NCBI GenBank assembly: GCA_021298555.1
Contig: JAJTGE010000024.1
Location: 1,552 to 65,551 of the forward strand
Length of the DNA stretch: 64,000 nt
Origin: Oxalobacteraceae bacterium
GTDB lineage: Bacteria; Pseudomonadota; Gammaproteobacteria; Burkholderiales; Burkholderiaceae_D
Direction: 5' to 3'
In this document: positions 29,064 through 38,273 of the stretch, piece by piece
Layout of the letters: each line of letters starts with the position of its first letter
How positions within the stretch are numbered: the first letter of the stretch is position 1
Program-made: the position numbers and the translations under genes
Notes under the pieces: model-generated
Seen by the model: the letters and a program-made list of their open reading frames with translations, nothing else
Told to the model about the DNA's origin: nothing
Database searches by the model: none

Positions 29064-30223
29064 CTACGAACGCGTCACAGGCATATCAAGTGTTTCGCCA
29101 TGCAAGCTGGCGTACTTGGATAATTCTATTTTAGCGATAGCATTGCGGTGTACTTCATCCGGACCATCTGCAATACGCAGGGTACGGTTATGAGCCCACA
29201 ACTGAGCCACAGCAAAGTCATCAGACACGCCACCACCACCGTGGGCTTGTATCGACCAGTCGATGATTTGTTGCGCCATCACCGGTGCGAGAACTTTAAT
29301 CATGGCGATCTCGCTCTTCGCACCTTTGTTACCTACGGTATCCATCATGTAGGCTGCTTTGAGTACCAACAGGCGAGCGCTATCGATCATGATGCGTGAC
29401 TCAGCGATACGCTCGCGCCATACGCCTTGCTCAGAGGTCCAAGACGACCTTGTGCAATTTCAAAGCCACGACCTTCACCCAGCAACATATTGGAGGCAGG
29501 TACACGCACATTTTCAAATTTAACTTCGCAATGGCCGTGTGGCGCATCATCGTAACCAAACACAGACAAAGGACGAACAACAGTGACGCCTTTGGTATCG
29601 GAAGGTACCAAGATCATCGATTGCTGTGAGTGGCGTGGCGCATCGCCATCAGTCTTGCCCATCAGGATGTAGATTTTGCAGCGTGGATCGCCTGCACCTG
29701 ATGTCCACCATTTCGTGCCATTGATCACGTACTCATCACCCACGCGTTCTATGCTGGTGCTGATATTGGTGGCATCCGAGGATGCAACATCCGGCTCTGT
29801 CATGGCGAATGCAGAGCGCATCTCACCACGCAGCAAGGGTTCCAGCCACTGTTTTTTATGTTCTTCTGAACCATAACGCTCTATGGTTTCCATGTTGCCG
29901 GTGTCGGGTGCGGAGCAGTTAAATACTTCCGGTGCCCATGGAATGCGGCCCATGATTTCGCACAGGGGTGCGTAGTCGAGATTCGATAAGCCTTCTGGCG
30001 CGCGGTCTGATTTTGGCAAAAACAAATTCCACAAACCGCGTGAGCGGGCGATAGGTTTTAAATCTTCAATGATTTTGGTAGGGATCCAGCGATTATTTTT
30101 TTCGCGGCCGTTACGATCTACCTCATCTTTGTAGGAACGTTCATTGGGATAAATGTATTCATCCATAAAGTGATTCAATTTTTCGCGCAGCTCCATGCAG
30201 CGCGGTGAGTATTCGAAATCCAT
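29064..30223 (-). pseudogene. Acyl-CoA dehydrogenase (ACAD10/11-like), interrupted by deletion and frameshift near 29435
   Basis: N-part [32 protein letters not shown]; frame then switches to [18 protein letters not shown]...[11 protein letters not shown]; the conserved GRIHHCMR...AFGK segment is absent. Confidence 0.85.
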
Positions 30224-30263
30224 AGGGTGTCCTCGCTTTTTATTGTGGGTGAATTATGAATGA

Positions 30264-31331
30264 TTACAGGGTTTTTTGTCCGGATGCGTACTGCCAACCC
30301 ATGATCGCCATAGGTTTGGCGGCCTGGCCGCTTTTTAGTGCTTGCTCACTGCTGGCCGTGCCGTCTTGATAGCGTTTCATGATGCCTTGCAAAATACCGG
30401 CCATACGGAACATGTTGTAGGCCAGGTAAAAACGGAAATCATCTTTATTAATGCTAATTCCGGTACGATCGCTGTAGCGGGCGATGTAGTCATCTCTGCT
30501 CGGTATGCCTAGTGACTTTAAATCCAATCCACCAATACCGCGGAATAAATCAGGTTCTACATGCCAGCTCATGCAGTGATATGAAAAATCTGCCAGTGGA
30601 TGACCCAGCGTAGAGAGTTCCCAATCGAGCACGGCGAGTATGCGCGGCTCGGTAGGATGAAAAATCATGTTATCCAAACGGTAGTCACCATGCACAATGG
30701 TAGTGATTTCACCGGCGGGAATATTCTTAGGCAGCCACTCGATCAAGTGCTCCATCTCAGGTATATGTTCAGTTTCAGCAGCTTTGTATTGGCGTATCCA
30801 TCGATCAATCTGGCGACCAAAATAATTACCGGGCTTACCAAAACTTTCCAGACCCACGGCCTGGTAATCCAGGCTGTGCAATTGCGAAATGACGCGGTTC
30901 ATTTCATCGTAATGAGCTGCACGATGATCATTACTCATACCAGGTAATGATTGATCCCAGAGCACGCGTCCATCAACACATTCCATGATGTAGAAGGCAC
31001 GACCGATAACGGATTCATCTTCACACAAGGTGTATTGTTTGGGCGCTGGAAAGCCGGCTTTGGATAACGCGTCCATGACGCGGAATTCGCGCTCAATTGC
31101 ATGAGCCGAAGGTAGCAGCTTGGCAGCTGGTGCGGGCTTAGTGCGCAGCACATAGCGATGATTGCCAGAGGTGAGTCTGAACGTGGGGTTGGATTGACCA
31201 CCCTTGAATTGTTCTATGCTGAGATCGCCACTGAAATTATCGACATGCTGCTTCATGTAAGCCGACAGGGCATCGAGGTCAACTTTTAATCGTTCGGCAA
31301 CGGGCTTGGTGCCCATGAATTCTTCGTACAT
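30264..31331 (-). CDS. Aminoglycoside-phosphotransferase-family kinase (ACAD10/11 N-terminal-like)
   Basis: QFKGGQSNPT, HAIEREF, HGDYRLDN, VLDWELSTLG.P. Confidence 0.92.
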   Translation of the reverse strand: MYEEFMGTKPVAERLKVDLDALSAYMKQHVDNFSGDLSIEQFKGGQSNPTFRLTSGNHRYVLRTKPAPAAKLLPSAHAIEREFRVMDALSKAGFPAPKQYTLCEDESVIGRAFYIMECVDGRVLWDQSLPGMSNDHRAAHYDEMNRVISQLHSLDYQAVGLESFGKPGNYFGRQIDRWIRQYKAAETEHIPEMEHLIEWLPKNIPAGEITTIVHGDYRLDNMIFHPTEPRILAVLDWELSTLGHPLADFSYHCMSWHVEPDLFRGIGGLDLKSLGIPSRDDYIARYSDRTGISINKDDFRFYLAYNMFRMAGILQGIMKRYQDGTASSEQALKSGQAAKPMAIMGWQYASGQKTL

Positions 31332-31383
31332 TCCTTCTTTCCTCGCTACTTTTTGGTATTTGTTTTAGTTTACTGGGGCTAGC

Positions 31384-32088
31384 TTACAAGCCACGTACTT
31401 TTTTGTATTGTTCAAACAAAGCTTCCATAGTGGTGCCGCGCGATTCATGTTGCAGCTCCGAGGGTGGCGAATAATTCATGAGTCGTACGACCCAATCCAT
31501 GCGTGAGTCACCTACGTCCAAGGCGTTGATGCAGCCCGCTGTCTGAGCCAGATTACCCAGGAATAGTCGTTGGCCTGTTAACGCATACGAAAGGATGGCG
31601 CGATTAACTCCGCCATGCAGCACCATGAGCACCGTATCCCAATCAGGATCTGAGCGTAATTTATCAACTTGTGGATGCACGCGATCCATCAGCTCGCCTA
31701 TGCTTTCACCACCTAAAAACTGCTGGTCTTCTGAGGCCACACCTTCAAACGCACCAGTAAATGCTTCGCGCAATTGTTCATCCGGAATTGCAGAGAGTTT
31801 ACCGCCACGAATCTCAACCAGTTCAGGCCATTCTTCGAATGTGATTTCCTGGCCGGTGCCAGACAACACACGGGTAGCTGTTTCCAAGGTGCGCGGTAAC
31901 CCCGAAACAATCACCTTATCAAAACGAATGCCAGCATTGGCAAATACATGGCCTGCTGCAGTAGCTTGCTCGCGACCTTGCTCATTGAGTGGAACAGTTT
32001 CAGGTAAAAACGGTTTACCGTTGGTGTCAAAATAAGTCACGCTGCCATGACGCATTAAAAATACGCGACGTCGTTTAGTAAAACTCAT
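31384..32088 (-). CDS. Histidine phosphatase family protein
   Basis: LMRHG, S.L.R..ETA, GGES, VLHGG. Confidence 0.9.
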   Translation of the reverse strand: MSFTKRRRVFLMRHGSVTYFDTNGKPFLPETVPLNEQGREQATAAGHVFANAGIRFDKVIVSGLPRTLETATRVLSGTGQEITFEEWPELVEIRGGKLSAIPDEQLREAFTGAFEGVASEDQQFLGGESIGELMDRVHPQVDKLRSDPDWDTVLMVLHGGVNRAILSYALTGQRLFLGNLAQTAGCINALDVGDSRMDWVVRLMNYSPPSELQHESRGTTMEALFEQYKKVRGL

Positions 32089-32864
32089 GAATAGTTGGGC
32101 TTTCTTTTTTCCAGAAATGCAGTCATACCTTCGAGCGCATCACGATGATGCAAGCAATCGACGAAAGCATGTTGTTCAGCTTTAAGCTGATCAGACAAGG
32201 TGACATCGCTAGCATCTCTCACTAGCGATTTAATAGAGCTAATTGAATTCGGTGATAGCTGTGCAAGCTCGTCACTCCAGTCAAGTGCAGCATTCAATGC
32301 ATGCCCATCATTGACCACGCGGTTGATGATGCCATGCTGATGCAAACGCGATGAAGTGATGGGTTTACCTTCCATCAGAATTTCGGTAACTAACTGAGGT
32401 GGCAGCGATTGCGATAGTGACCAGCTCATTCCACCATCAGGTGATAAACCAACTTTTACATAGGCGGCGATAAATTGCGCTGAATGTGCCGCCACAATCA
32501 AATCGCACGCCAGAACGAGAGAGAAACCCGCCCCCGCAGCAGGACCCTCGACCGCAGCAATCACGGGTTTGGGACAATCGCGCAGGGCTTCTATCCAGGA
32601 ATGCAATTGGCCCACCGAATCGGCGGCCACAGATCGGTCTTTATTGCGGTTTTCAAGCAATCGATTAAGGTTTCCACCCGCGCAAAAAGTATCTCCCGCA
32701 CCAGTAAGCACCACTGCACGTATATCCGGATCGCGCTCAGCAGTTGCCAACGCTTCTATGCCCGCAGCATACATATCTGGGTGCAAAGCATTGCGCGCGC
32801 CGGGGTTCGATAGCGTCAGAATCAGCGTGGACTCACGACGAGTGGCAAGTAATTCAGCGGACAT
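32085..32864 (-). CDS. Enoyl-CoA hydratase/isomerase family protein
   Basis: RNAL, FCAGG.L, PKPVIAAVEG.AAGAG, GLSPDGG, AFLEKRKP. Confidence 0.92.
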   Translation of the reverse strand: MSAELLATRRESTLILTLSNPGARNALHPDMYAAGIEALATAERDPDIRAVVLTGAGDTFCAGGNLNRLLENRNKDRSVAADSVGQLHSWIEALRDCPKPVIAAVEGPAAGAGFSLVLACDLIVAAHSAQFIAAYVKVGLSPDGGMSWSLSQSLPPQLVTEILMEGKPITSSRLHQHGIINRVVNDGHALNAALDWSDELAQLSPNSISSIKSLVRDASDVTLSDQLKAEQHAFVDCLHHRDALEGMTAFLEKRKPNYS

Positions 32865-33011
32865 GAGGTGTTTAGGCTGGCTAGAGGCCGGTTTTTGGGG
32901 CCGGTTAGGTTGGTTGAGTGGTGTTAGACTTCATGACGAACATTGTACCTGCTGCCACCCATATGCTTGGGTTTACTCAGGTGCTTCAACATAAGCATGT
33001 AAGGAGACAGA

Positions 33012-33668
33012 ATGCTAACTTTATGCGGTTTCTCGGCTAGTAATTACTACAACAAAGTCAAATTAGCTTTACTCGAAAAAGGTGTGCCTTTCGAAGAAAA
33101 GCAAGTTTGGACAGATCGATCACCCGAGTTACTAGCAAAATCTCCGCTGGGTAAAGTTCCTTTTTTTGAAATAGATGGCAAGGCGCTCTTTGAATCACAA
33201 GTGATGCTAGATTATGTGGAATCAGCCTACCCACAAAATCCTTTGCTGCCATCCGATCCGTTTGAAGCAGCACGTATTCGTCAATTGATTCAATTCATGG
33301 AATTACATCTTGAGTTAGTGGTTCGTGAGGTGTACCTAGAGGCGTTTTTCGGAGGGAAAGTCGCCGATGACGTAAAAGTCCGTGTACAAAAACAATTAAA
33401 ACGAAATATCACTGCATTTGGTCAGATAGCGAATTTTGCACCTTACATAGCAGGTAGTGAATTTACGATGGCCGATTGTGCCGCTGCGGTACATTTGCCA
33501 TTGATAAGCATGGCAACCAAGGCCATGTATGGCGAAGACATGTTGGCTGCGTTTCCAGTGCGCGACTACATGAAATTAGTTGGCGAGCGTCCTACGGTAA
33601 AAAAAGTAACAGACGATCGCAAGGCCAATGCCGCTGAATTAGCCGAGCGCATTAAGAGCAAAATGTAA
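33012..33668 (+). CDS. Glutathione S-transferase
   Basis: AGGAG RBS; SNYYNKVK, SPLGKVP, LFES, FT.AD. Confidence 0.92.
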   Translation: MLTLCGFSASNYYNKVKLALLEKGVPFEEKQVWTDRSPELLAKSPLGKVPFFEIDGKALFESQVMLDYVESAYPQNPLLPSDPFEAARIRQLIQFMELHLELVVREVYLEAFFGGKVADDVKVRVQKQLKRNITAFGQIANFAPYIAGSEFTMADCAAAVHLPLISMATKAMYGEDMLAAFPVRDYMKLVGERPTVKKVTDDRKANAAELAERIKSKM

Positions 33669-33691
33669 TTTTCACAAGCGCTCTAAGCGAT

Positions 33692-33732
33692 AAAAAAACG
33701 ACATCATTTCTATGAAGCTGATGTCGTTTTTA
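33692..33732. terminator. Bidirectional intrinsic terminator
   Basis: AAAAAAACGACATCA ... TGATGTCGTTTTT. Confidence 0.75.
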
Positions 33733-33748
33733 TTTGCTTAAGTCTGGC

Positions 33749-34019
33749 TTAGGGAGATGCTAATTTAGTGCGTGTTTTATAGCGAGCCAGCATAGCTGTG
33801 CGAGGCGTGGTCATGCAAATCAAGAGCTTAGCCTCGGTCCATCACGCGAGAACTATCTGGTTTTTGTTTAGTCAGTGCTGAATTAGGGAGACGCTAATTT
33901 AATGCGTATTTTTAGCGAGCCAGCATAGCTGTGCGAGGCGTGGTCATGCAAATCAAGAGCTTAGCCTCGGTCGATTACGCGAGAACTAGTAGATTATTGT
34001 TTAACCAGTGCTTCTGTAG
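33749..34019. repeat. Tandem pair of ~134-bp MITE-like repeats
   Basis: Copies start TTAGGGAGAYGCTAATTTA at 33749 and 33883; identical core TAGCGAGCCAGCATAGCTGTGCGAGGCGTGGTCATGCAAATCAAGAGCTTAGCCTCGGTC. Confidence 0.9.
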
Positions 34020-34479
34020 GGACATATGAAGCAAGCCAGGCTTCGGGGGTAAATATCCTAAACAACTCCGAACGTATGGTTTTGCGTGCTAGTTTTAACA
34101 ATGCTTTGTCTTTGGTAATCAGTGCGTCGGCTCCGCTGACATAAGCAAGTTCGAGAAATTTTTGATCATCGCCATCTTTGCATCGCGGGAGCTGGGTGGG
34201 TTTGGCGAGTTCAGCAGGGCTATCAACCAGCTTGATGAGGTGGTCAAATTCTTTTAACAATGCAGTCTGAGATTCGATGCTCAGCTGCATTTTTGTATAG
34301 CCCAGCACCAAGATGAATTCCATGCGACAGCTAGCACTGGTCACGGCTTCGATGTTGCCGTGTTTAAGCGCATCGTGCAGTACTTGCCAGCGTCGGTCCT
34401 GGAACATGAACAAATCCAAACAGACGTTGGTGTCTAAGACTACGCGCTGCAATGCTATCGGTGCGGCTTTGGGTATCAT
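33994..34479 (-). CDS. PIN-domain protein (putative toxin family)
   Basis: RVVLDTNV, C.D.DDQKFLELA, LITKDKALL. Confidence 0.88.
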   Translation of the reverse strand: MIPKAAPIALQRVVLDTNVCLDLFMFQDRRWQVLHDALKHGNIEAVTSASCRMEFILVLGYTKMQLSIESQTALLKEFDHLIKLVDSPAELAKPTQLPRCKDGDDQKFLELAYVSGADALITKDKALLKLARKTIRSELFRIFTPEAWLASYVPTEALVKQ

Positions 34480-34511
34480 GCGTAAAGTTTACTAGATAGG
34501 GAATCACAATC

Positions 34512-35291
34512 ATGCTGATGGTACTCTCACCGGCAAAAACGCTGGATTATGAATCGCCTTTAACTACCCAAGCGCACAGCTTGCCGGATTTTATACCGCG
34601 CTCGGCTGAGCTTATTTCTACCTTGCGTGAGATGTCGCCAGATAGTTTAGGTAGCCTCATGAAAATCTCGGATCAACTTGCGCATTTAAATGCGAGTCGC
34701 TATGCGGACTGGTCAAAAAAATTCACATTCAAAAACTCGCGTCAGGCCTTGTTAGCTTTTAATGGGGATGTATATGAAGGTCTGGATGCGCGCACCCTCA
34801 CCGAAAAACAGCTGACCTGGGCCCAAGATCATCTGCGCATACTTTCTGGGTTATACGGGGTGCTAAGGCCACTGGATTTGATGCAGCCGTATCGACTGGA
34901 AATGGGTACGCGCTTGCAGAATAAACATGGCAAGGATTTGTATACATTTTGGGGTGATGACGTAACCAGTGCGTTGAACAGCGCATTAAAGAGCAGTAAA
35001 TCGGCTGCACTAATTAACTTGGCATCGGAGGAGTACTTCAAATCAGTCAGGCCTAAAAATCTGGATGTGCCTGTGATTACACCGGTATTTGAAGATAGTA
35101 AAGGCGGGGATTACAAGGTCATTTCGTTTTATGCAAAACGTGCGCGTGGCTTAATGGCGCGCTACGCAATAGAAAAGAAGATTACCCGGCCTGAGCAGTT
35201 ACAACAGTTTAATGTGGAGGGGTATGAGTTTGTGCCTGCAAGCTCCAGCGCAACGAGCTGGATGTTCAGGCGCAAGCTTGCAGTAGCGTGA
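34512..35291 (+). CDS. yaaA: Peroxide stress protein YaaA
   Basis: [26 protein letters not shown]...PYRLEMG, NLAS.EYF, AKRARG.M. Confidence 0.95.
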   Translation: MLMVLSPAKTLDYESPLTTQAHSLPDFIPRSAELISTLREMSPDSLGSLMKISDQLAHLNASRYADWSKKFTFKNSRQALLAFNGDVYEGLDARTLTEKQLTWAQDHLRILSGLYGVLRPLDLMQPYRLEMGTRLQNKHGKDLYTFWGDDVTSALNSALKSSKSAALINLASEEYFKSVRPKNLDVPVITPVFEDSKGGDYKVISFYAKRARGLMARYAIEKKITRPEQLQQFNVEGYEFVPASSSATSWMFRRKLAVA

Positions 35292-35302
35292 CAGCTATAA
35301 AC

Positions 35303-36106
35303 TTATTTGTTCCAGAACTTCCACCAAGAACTGTCAGCTTCTGGATTAATTTGCGCAGCCGAGTTTACTTTGTAGTTAAGCTGGAATACACGCTCTGCAT
35401 CATCACGTAGTTCTGTCATGCCCAGGGCATCATAGGCGCGAATTTGTATGCGTAAGGCGTTACGCACCGAGGGTGAGGCTGGATAATCGCGAATGACAGT
35501 TTGTGCGCGATTGATAGCTGCTACAAAGGCTGAACGGCGCAAGTAGTAATCTGCCACATGAACTTCATGCTGGGCCATGGCTTCAACTAGATACCGCAGT
35601 CGGTCGCGCGCATCATCGGCATATTTACTATCTGGGAATCGGTCGGCTAGCTGCTTGAATGCATCGAAGGCTTGACGTGCTGCTTTCGGATCGCGCTCGG
35701 TAGGGTCTTGGCTGCTGATGAAATCAAACAGGCCTTTTTTGTCGTTGAAATTTGCCAGGCCACGGAGGTAGTACATGTAATCGACATTCGGATGGTTAGG
35801 ATGCAAACGAATGAAACGATCAACAGCAGCCAGACATTGTGCCTGATCATTTTGACGATAATAGGCATACGCGATTTCCATTTGCGCCTGCTGCGCATAT
35901 TTTCCAAATGGATAGCGAGACTCGAGTTTCTCTAAATACTTGATAGCTCGTTCATAGTTACCGCTTTTGAGTTCGTCTTTAGCCTCAGCGTATAATTTAT
36001 CAGCCGACCATCCTTTGGTTTCATCTGGCTTCTGTCCCAACGAGCCGCAGCCAGATAAGAAAAGGATCAGCGCCATCATGGCAAGTGTCAGAAATTTTTT
36101 TAACAT
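35303..36106 (-). CDS. bamD: Outer membrane assembly lipoprotein BamD
   Basis: Lipobox LSGC, LESRYPFG.YAQQA, RFIRLHP.HP.VDY.YY; divergent from rluD. Confidence 0.95.
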   Translation of the reverse strand: MLKKFLTLAMMALILFLSGCGSLGQKPDETKGWSADKLYAEAKDELKSGNYERAIKYLEKLESRYPFGKYAQQAQMEIAYAYYRQNDQAQCLAAVDRFIRLHPNHPNVDYMYYLRGLANFNDKKGLFDFISSQDPTERDPKAARQAFDAFKQLADRFPDSKYADDARDRLRYLVEAMAQHEVHVADYYLRRSAFVAAINRAQTVIRDYPASPSVRNALRIQIRAYDALGMTELRDDAERVFQLNYKVNSAAQINPEADSSWWKFWNK

Positions 36107-36153
36107 GGGATGGGGCGCATTCACATCATCAATAAGTGCGGCGATTATAGCCG

Positions 36154-37179
36154 ATGGAAATCTTTGTGAAACCACCTAGTAAGCCAAATGTCGAATTCAC
36201 CATGGGTGATGAGGTGTTTCATGACGCCGATGATTTTGACATTGCGTCAGTAGGACTCGAGCCCCTGACGGTGTTGCTCGATGATGCCAGTCAGGGCGAA
36301 CGGCTCGACAAGGTACTGTCCATGCGGTTGCCGCAGTTTTCGCGTGCGCGTTTGCAGCAATGGATAGAGGAAGGCTGGGTGCTGGTTGATGGCAAACCTG
36401 CCAAGATTCGTACTATCGTACTGGGTGGAGAAAGTGTCAGCGTAGAACCGCAGGCAGCAGAACATGATCAGGCGTTCGGGCCTGAGCCAATTGCCTTGGA
36501 CATCGTTTTTGAAGATGCGTCGCTAATAATCGTCAACAAACCCGCCGGTTTAGTGGTGCATCCGGCTGCAGGTAACTGGTCGGGCACGCTGTTAAATGGA
36601 TTGCTAAATCATTGCCCACAACTGCAAGGTGTACCGCGCGCAGGGATAGTTCACCGGCTGGATAAAGATACCAGTGGCTTGTTGGTGGTAGCCAAAACCC
36701 TGATGGCACAAACCGATTTGGTGCGACAACTGCAGCAACGTTCTGTTAATCGTCAGTATCTGGCGCTGGTTTGGGGGCAGCCTGTCTCTAGTGGTCGTAT
36801 CGAAGCAGCTATAGGACGCCATCCGCGTGAGCGCACACGTATGGCTATTAGTCGCTCGCCACAGGCCAAAATGGCCATTACGCATTATCAAAAAGTTGCC
36901 AGCGGCCAGATAGACGGCCGCACAGTAACGCTGCTGCGCTGCCAGCTCGAAACCGGGCGCACGCACCAGATTCGAGTGCATTTGCAATCGTTGGGTTTTC
37001 CTATCGTGGGCGATTTCGTCTACGGCAAATCGCACTTAGCGTCAGTATTTCCTCGTCAGGCTTTGCATGCAGAGCAACTCGGGCTGGTACATCCGTTATC
37101 CAGCAACCACTGCGAGTGGCATGCCCATTTGCCTTTAGACATGGCAAACCTGCTCCAGCAGGCCGCTATTACTCTCTGA
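36154..37179 (+). CDS. rluD: 23S rRNA pseudouridine synthase RluD
   Basis: S4 domain RLDK, NKPAGLVVHP, GIVHRLDKDTSG, LETGRTHQIRVH, RQALHA. Confidence 0.95.
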   Translation: MEIFVKPPSKPNVEFTMGDEVFHDADDFDIASVGLEPLTVLLDDASQGERLDKVLSMRLPQFSRARLQQWIEEGWVLVDGKPAKIRTIVLGGESVSVEPQAAEHDQAFGPEPIALDIVFEDASLIIVNKPAGLVVHPAAGNWSGTLLNGLLNHCPQLQGVPRAGIVHRLDKDTSGLLVVAKTLMAQTDLVRQLQQRSVNRQYLALVWGQPVSSGRIEAAIGRHPRERTRMAISRSPQAKMAITHYQKVASGQIDGRTVTLLRCQLETGRTHQIRVHLQSLGFPIVGDFVYGKSHLASVFPRQALHAEQLGLVHPLSSNHCEWHAHLPLDMANLLQQAAITL

Positions 37180-37206
37180 TTATCTGATTACTCTGTGATT
37201 TGACCC

Positions 37207-37968
37207 ATGCGTACCCTGGAAATCCATTGGCCCGGTCTGCCCGAGGGGGTAGGTGTGCTTTCAACCTTACGTTCAGGGGGTGTGAGCATGGGCGCGTATG
37301 CAGATGCTCAGGGCAAGGGCGGGCTGAATCTAGGCACGCATGTGGGCGATGTTCCAGAGGCCGTAGTAAAAAACAGGGCACTGCTGCGCAGTCTCTTACC
37401 AAATGAACCCATGTGGTTGGAGCAAGTACACGGCACACAGGTTGTTCAGGCTCACCATGTGTCGTTACAAAAAACGGTTCCGCGCGCCGATGCCAGTACT
37501 GCAACCACCCCCGGCGCGGTGTGCACCATCATGACGGCCGATTGCATGCCGGTGTTGTTGGCAGATGCAAGCGGGGTCGCGGTAGGTGCTGCGCACGCCG
37601 GCTGGCGCGGACTGGCCAACGGGGTGCTCGAGCAGAGCGTAAAGCACTTGCGTGAATCTGGCGCAGAGGAAATTTTGGCTTGGCTGGGCCCGGGCATAGG
37701 GCCTGAATCTTTCGAGGTAGGCGAGGAAGTACTGGCGGCCTTTGCGCACTTGGGGCCGGCGACTAATCAGGCGTTTGTAGCCATGGAGGATAAGCCGGGT
37801 AAATATTTGGGCAATTTACCTTTGCTGGCTCGGTTAGCACTGAAGAGTGTGGGCGTGCACCAAGTGGCAGGAGGCGACCGCTGTACGCTAAGTGAACCGG
37901 CAGAATTTTATTCATTTCGTCGCGACCGCATCACGGGCCGCATGGCGACGATGATTTGGATCAGATAA
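37207..37968 (+). CDS. pgeF: Peptidoglycan editing factor PgeF
   Basis: LNLG.HVGD, QVHG, TADC.PV, AHAGWRG, FYSFRRD..TGRM. Confidence 0.95.
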   Translation: MRTLEIHWPGLPEGVGVLSTLRSGGVSMGAYADAQGKGGLNLGTHVGDVPEAVVKNRALLRSLLPNEPMWLEQVHGTQVVQAHHVSLQKTVPRADASTATTPGAVCTIMTADCMPVLLADASGVAVGAAHAGWRGLANGVLEQSVKHLRESGAEEILAWLGPGIGPESFEVGEEVLAAFAHLGPATNQAFVAMEDKPGKYLGNLPLLARLALKSVGVHQVAGGDRCTLSEPAEFYSFRRDRITGRMATMIWIR

Positions 37969-37969
37969 A

Positions 37970-38209
37970 TTAATGAGACTGCGGCGTATCGTTCTGCTCG
38001 GCTTGTTGTCGCTCTTGCATTGCTTGCTGTTGTTCTTGCTGGCGCCGACGTTTGCGGCCACCCGTGCCGCCCACATACATAATGAGCGCAGTGGGTAACA
38101 CGCCATACAGGAAAAAAGTCATAATGGCCGCTATCACGGATTCCTCGGTGATGGCCATCATTAGCACCACATAAATCCAACCAACTGCAGCGATATGCAT
38201 GAGTCTCAT
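37970..38209 (-). CDS. Small membrane protein
   Basis: Two TM segments (W.YVVLMMAITE...FFLYG.LP) followed by a basic/Gln-rich tail. Confidence 0.75.
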   Translation of the reverse strand: MRLMHIAAVGWIYVVLMMAITEESVIAAIMTFFLYGVLPTALIMYVGGTGGRKRRRQQEQQQAMQERQQAEQNDTPQSH

Positions 38210-38273
38210 TCCCTGAAAAAGAATGTATCAGAGCATACGTGAAAACCTAAGAACGAGTCACAGGGAAGATTGC

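Noticed and set aside
29400-29450. Programmed ribosomal frameshift in ACAD (or in TPR-GT41)
   Set aside because: No slippery sequence, and conserved residues are physically missing, so recoding would not restore the protein
33749-34019. Possible CRISPR array
   Set aside because: Only two units with a 134-bp period, similar along their whole length, no unique spacers, and no cas genes
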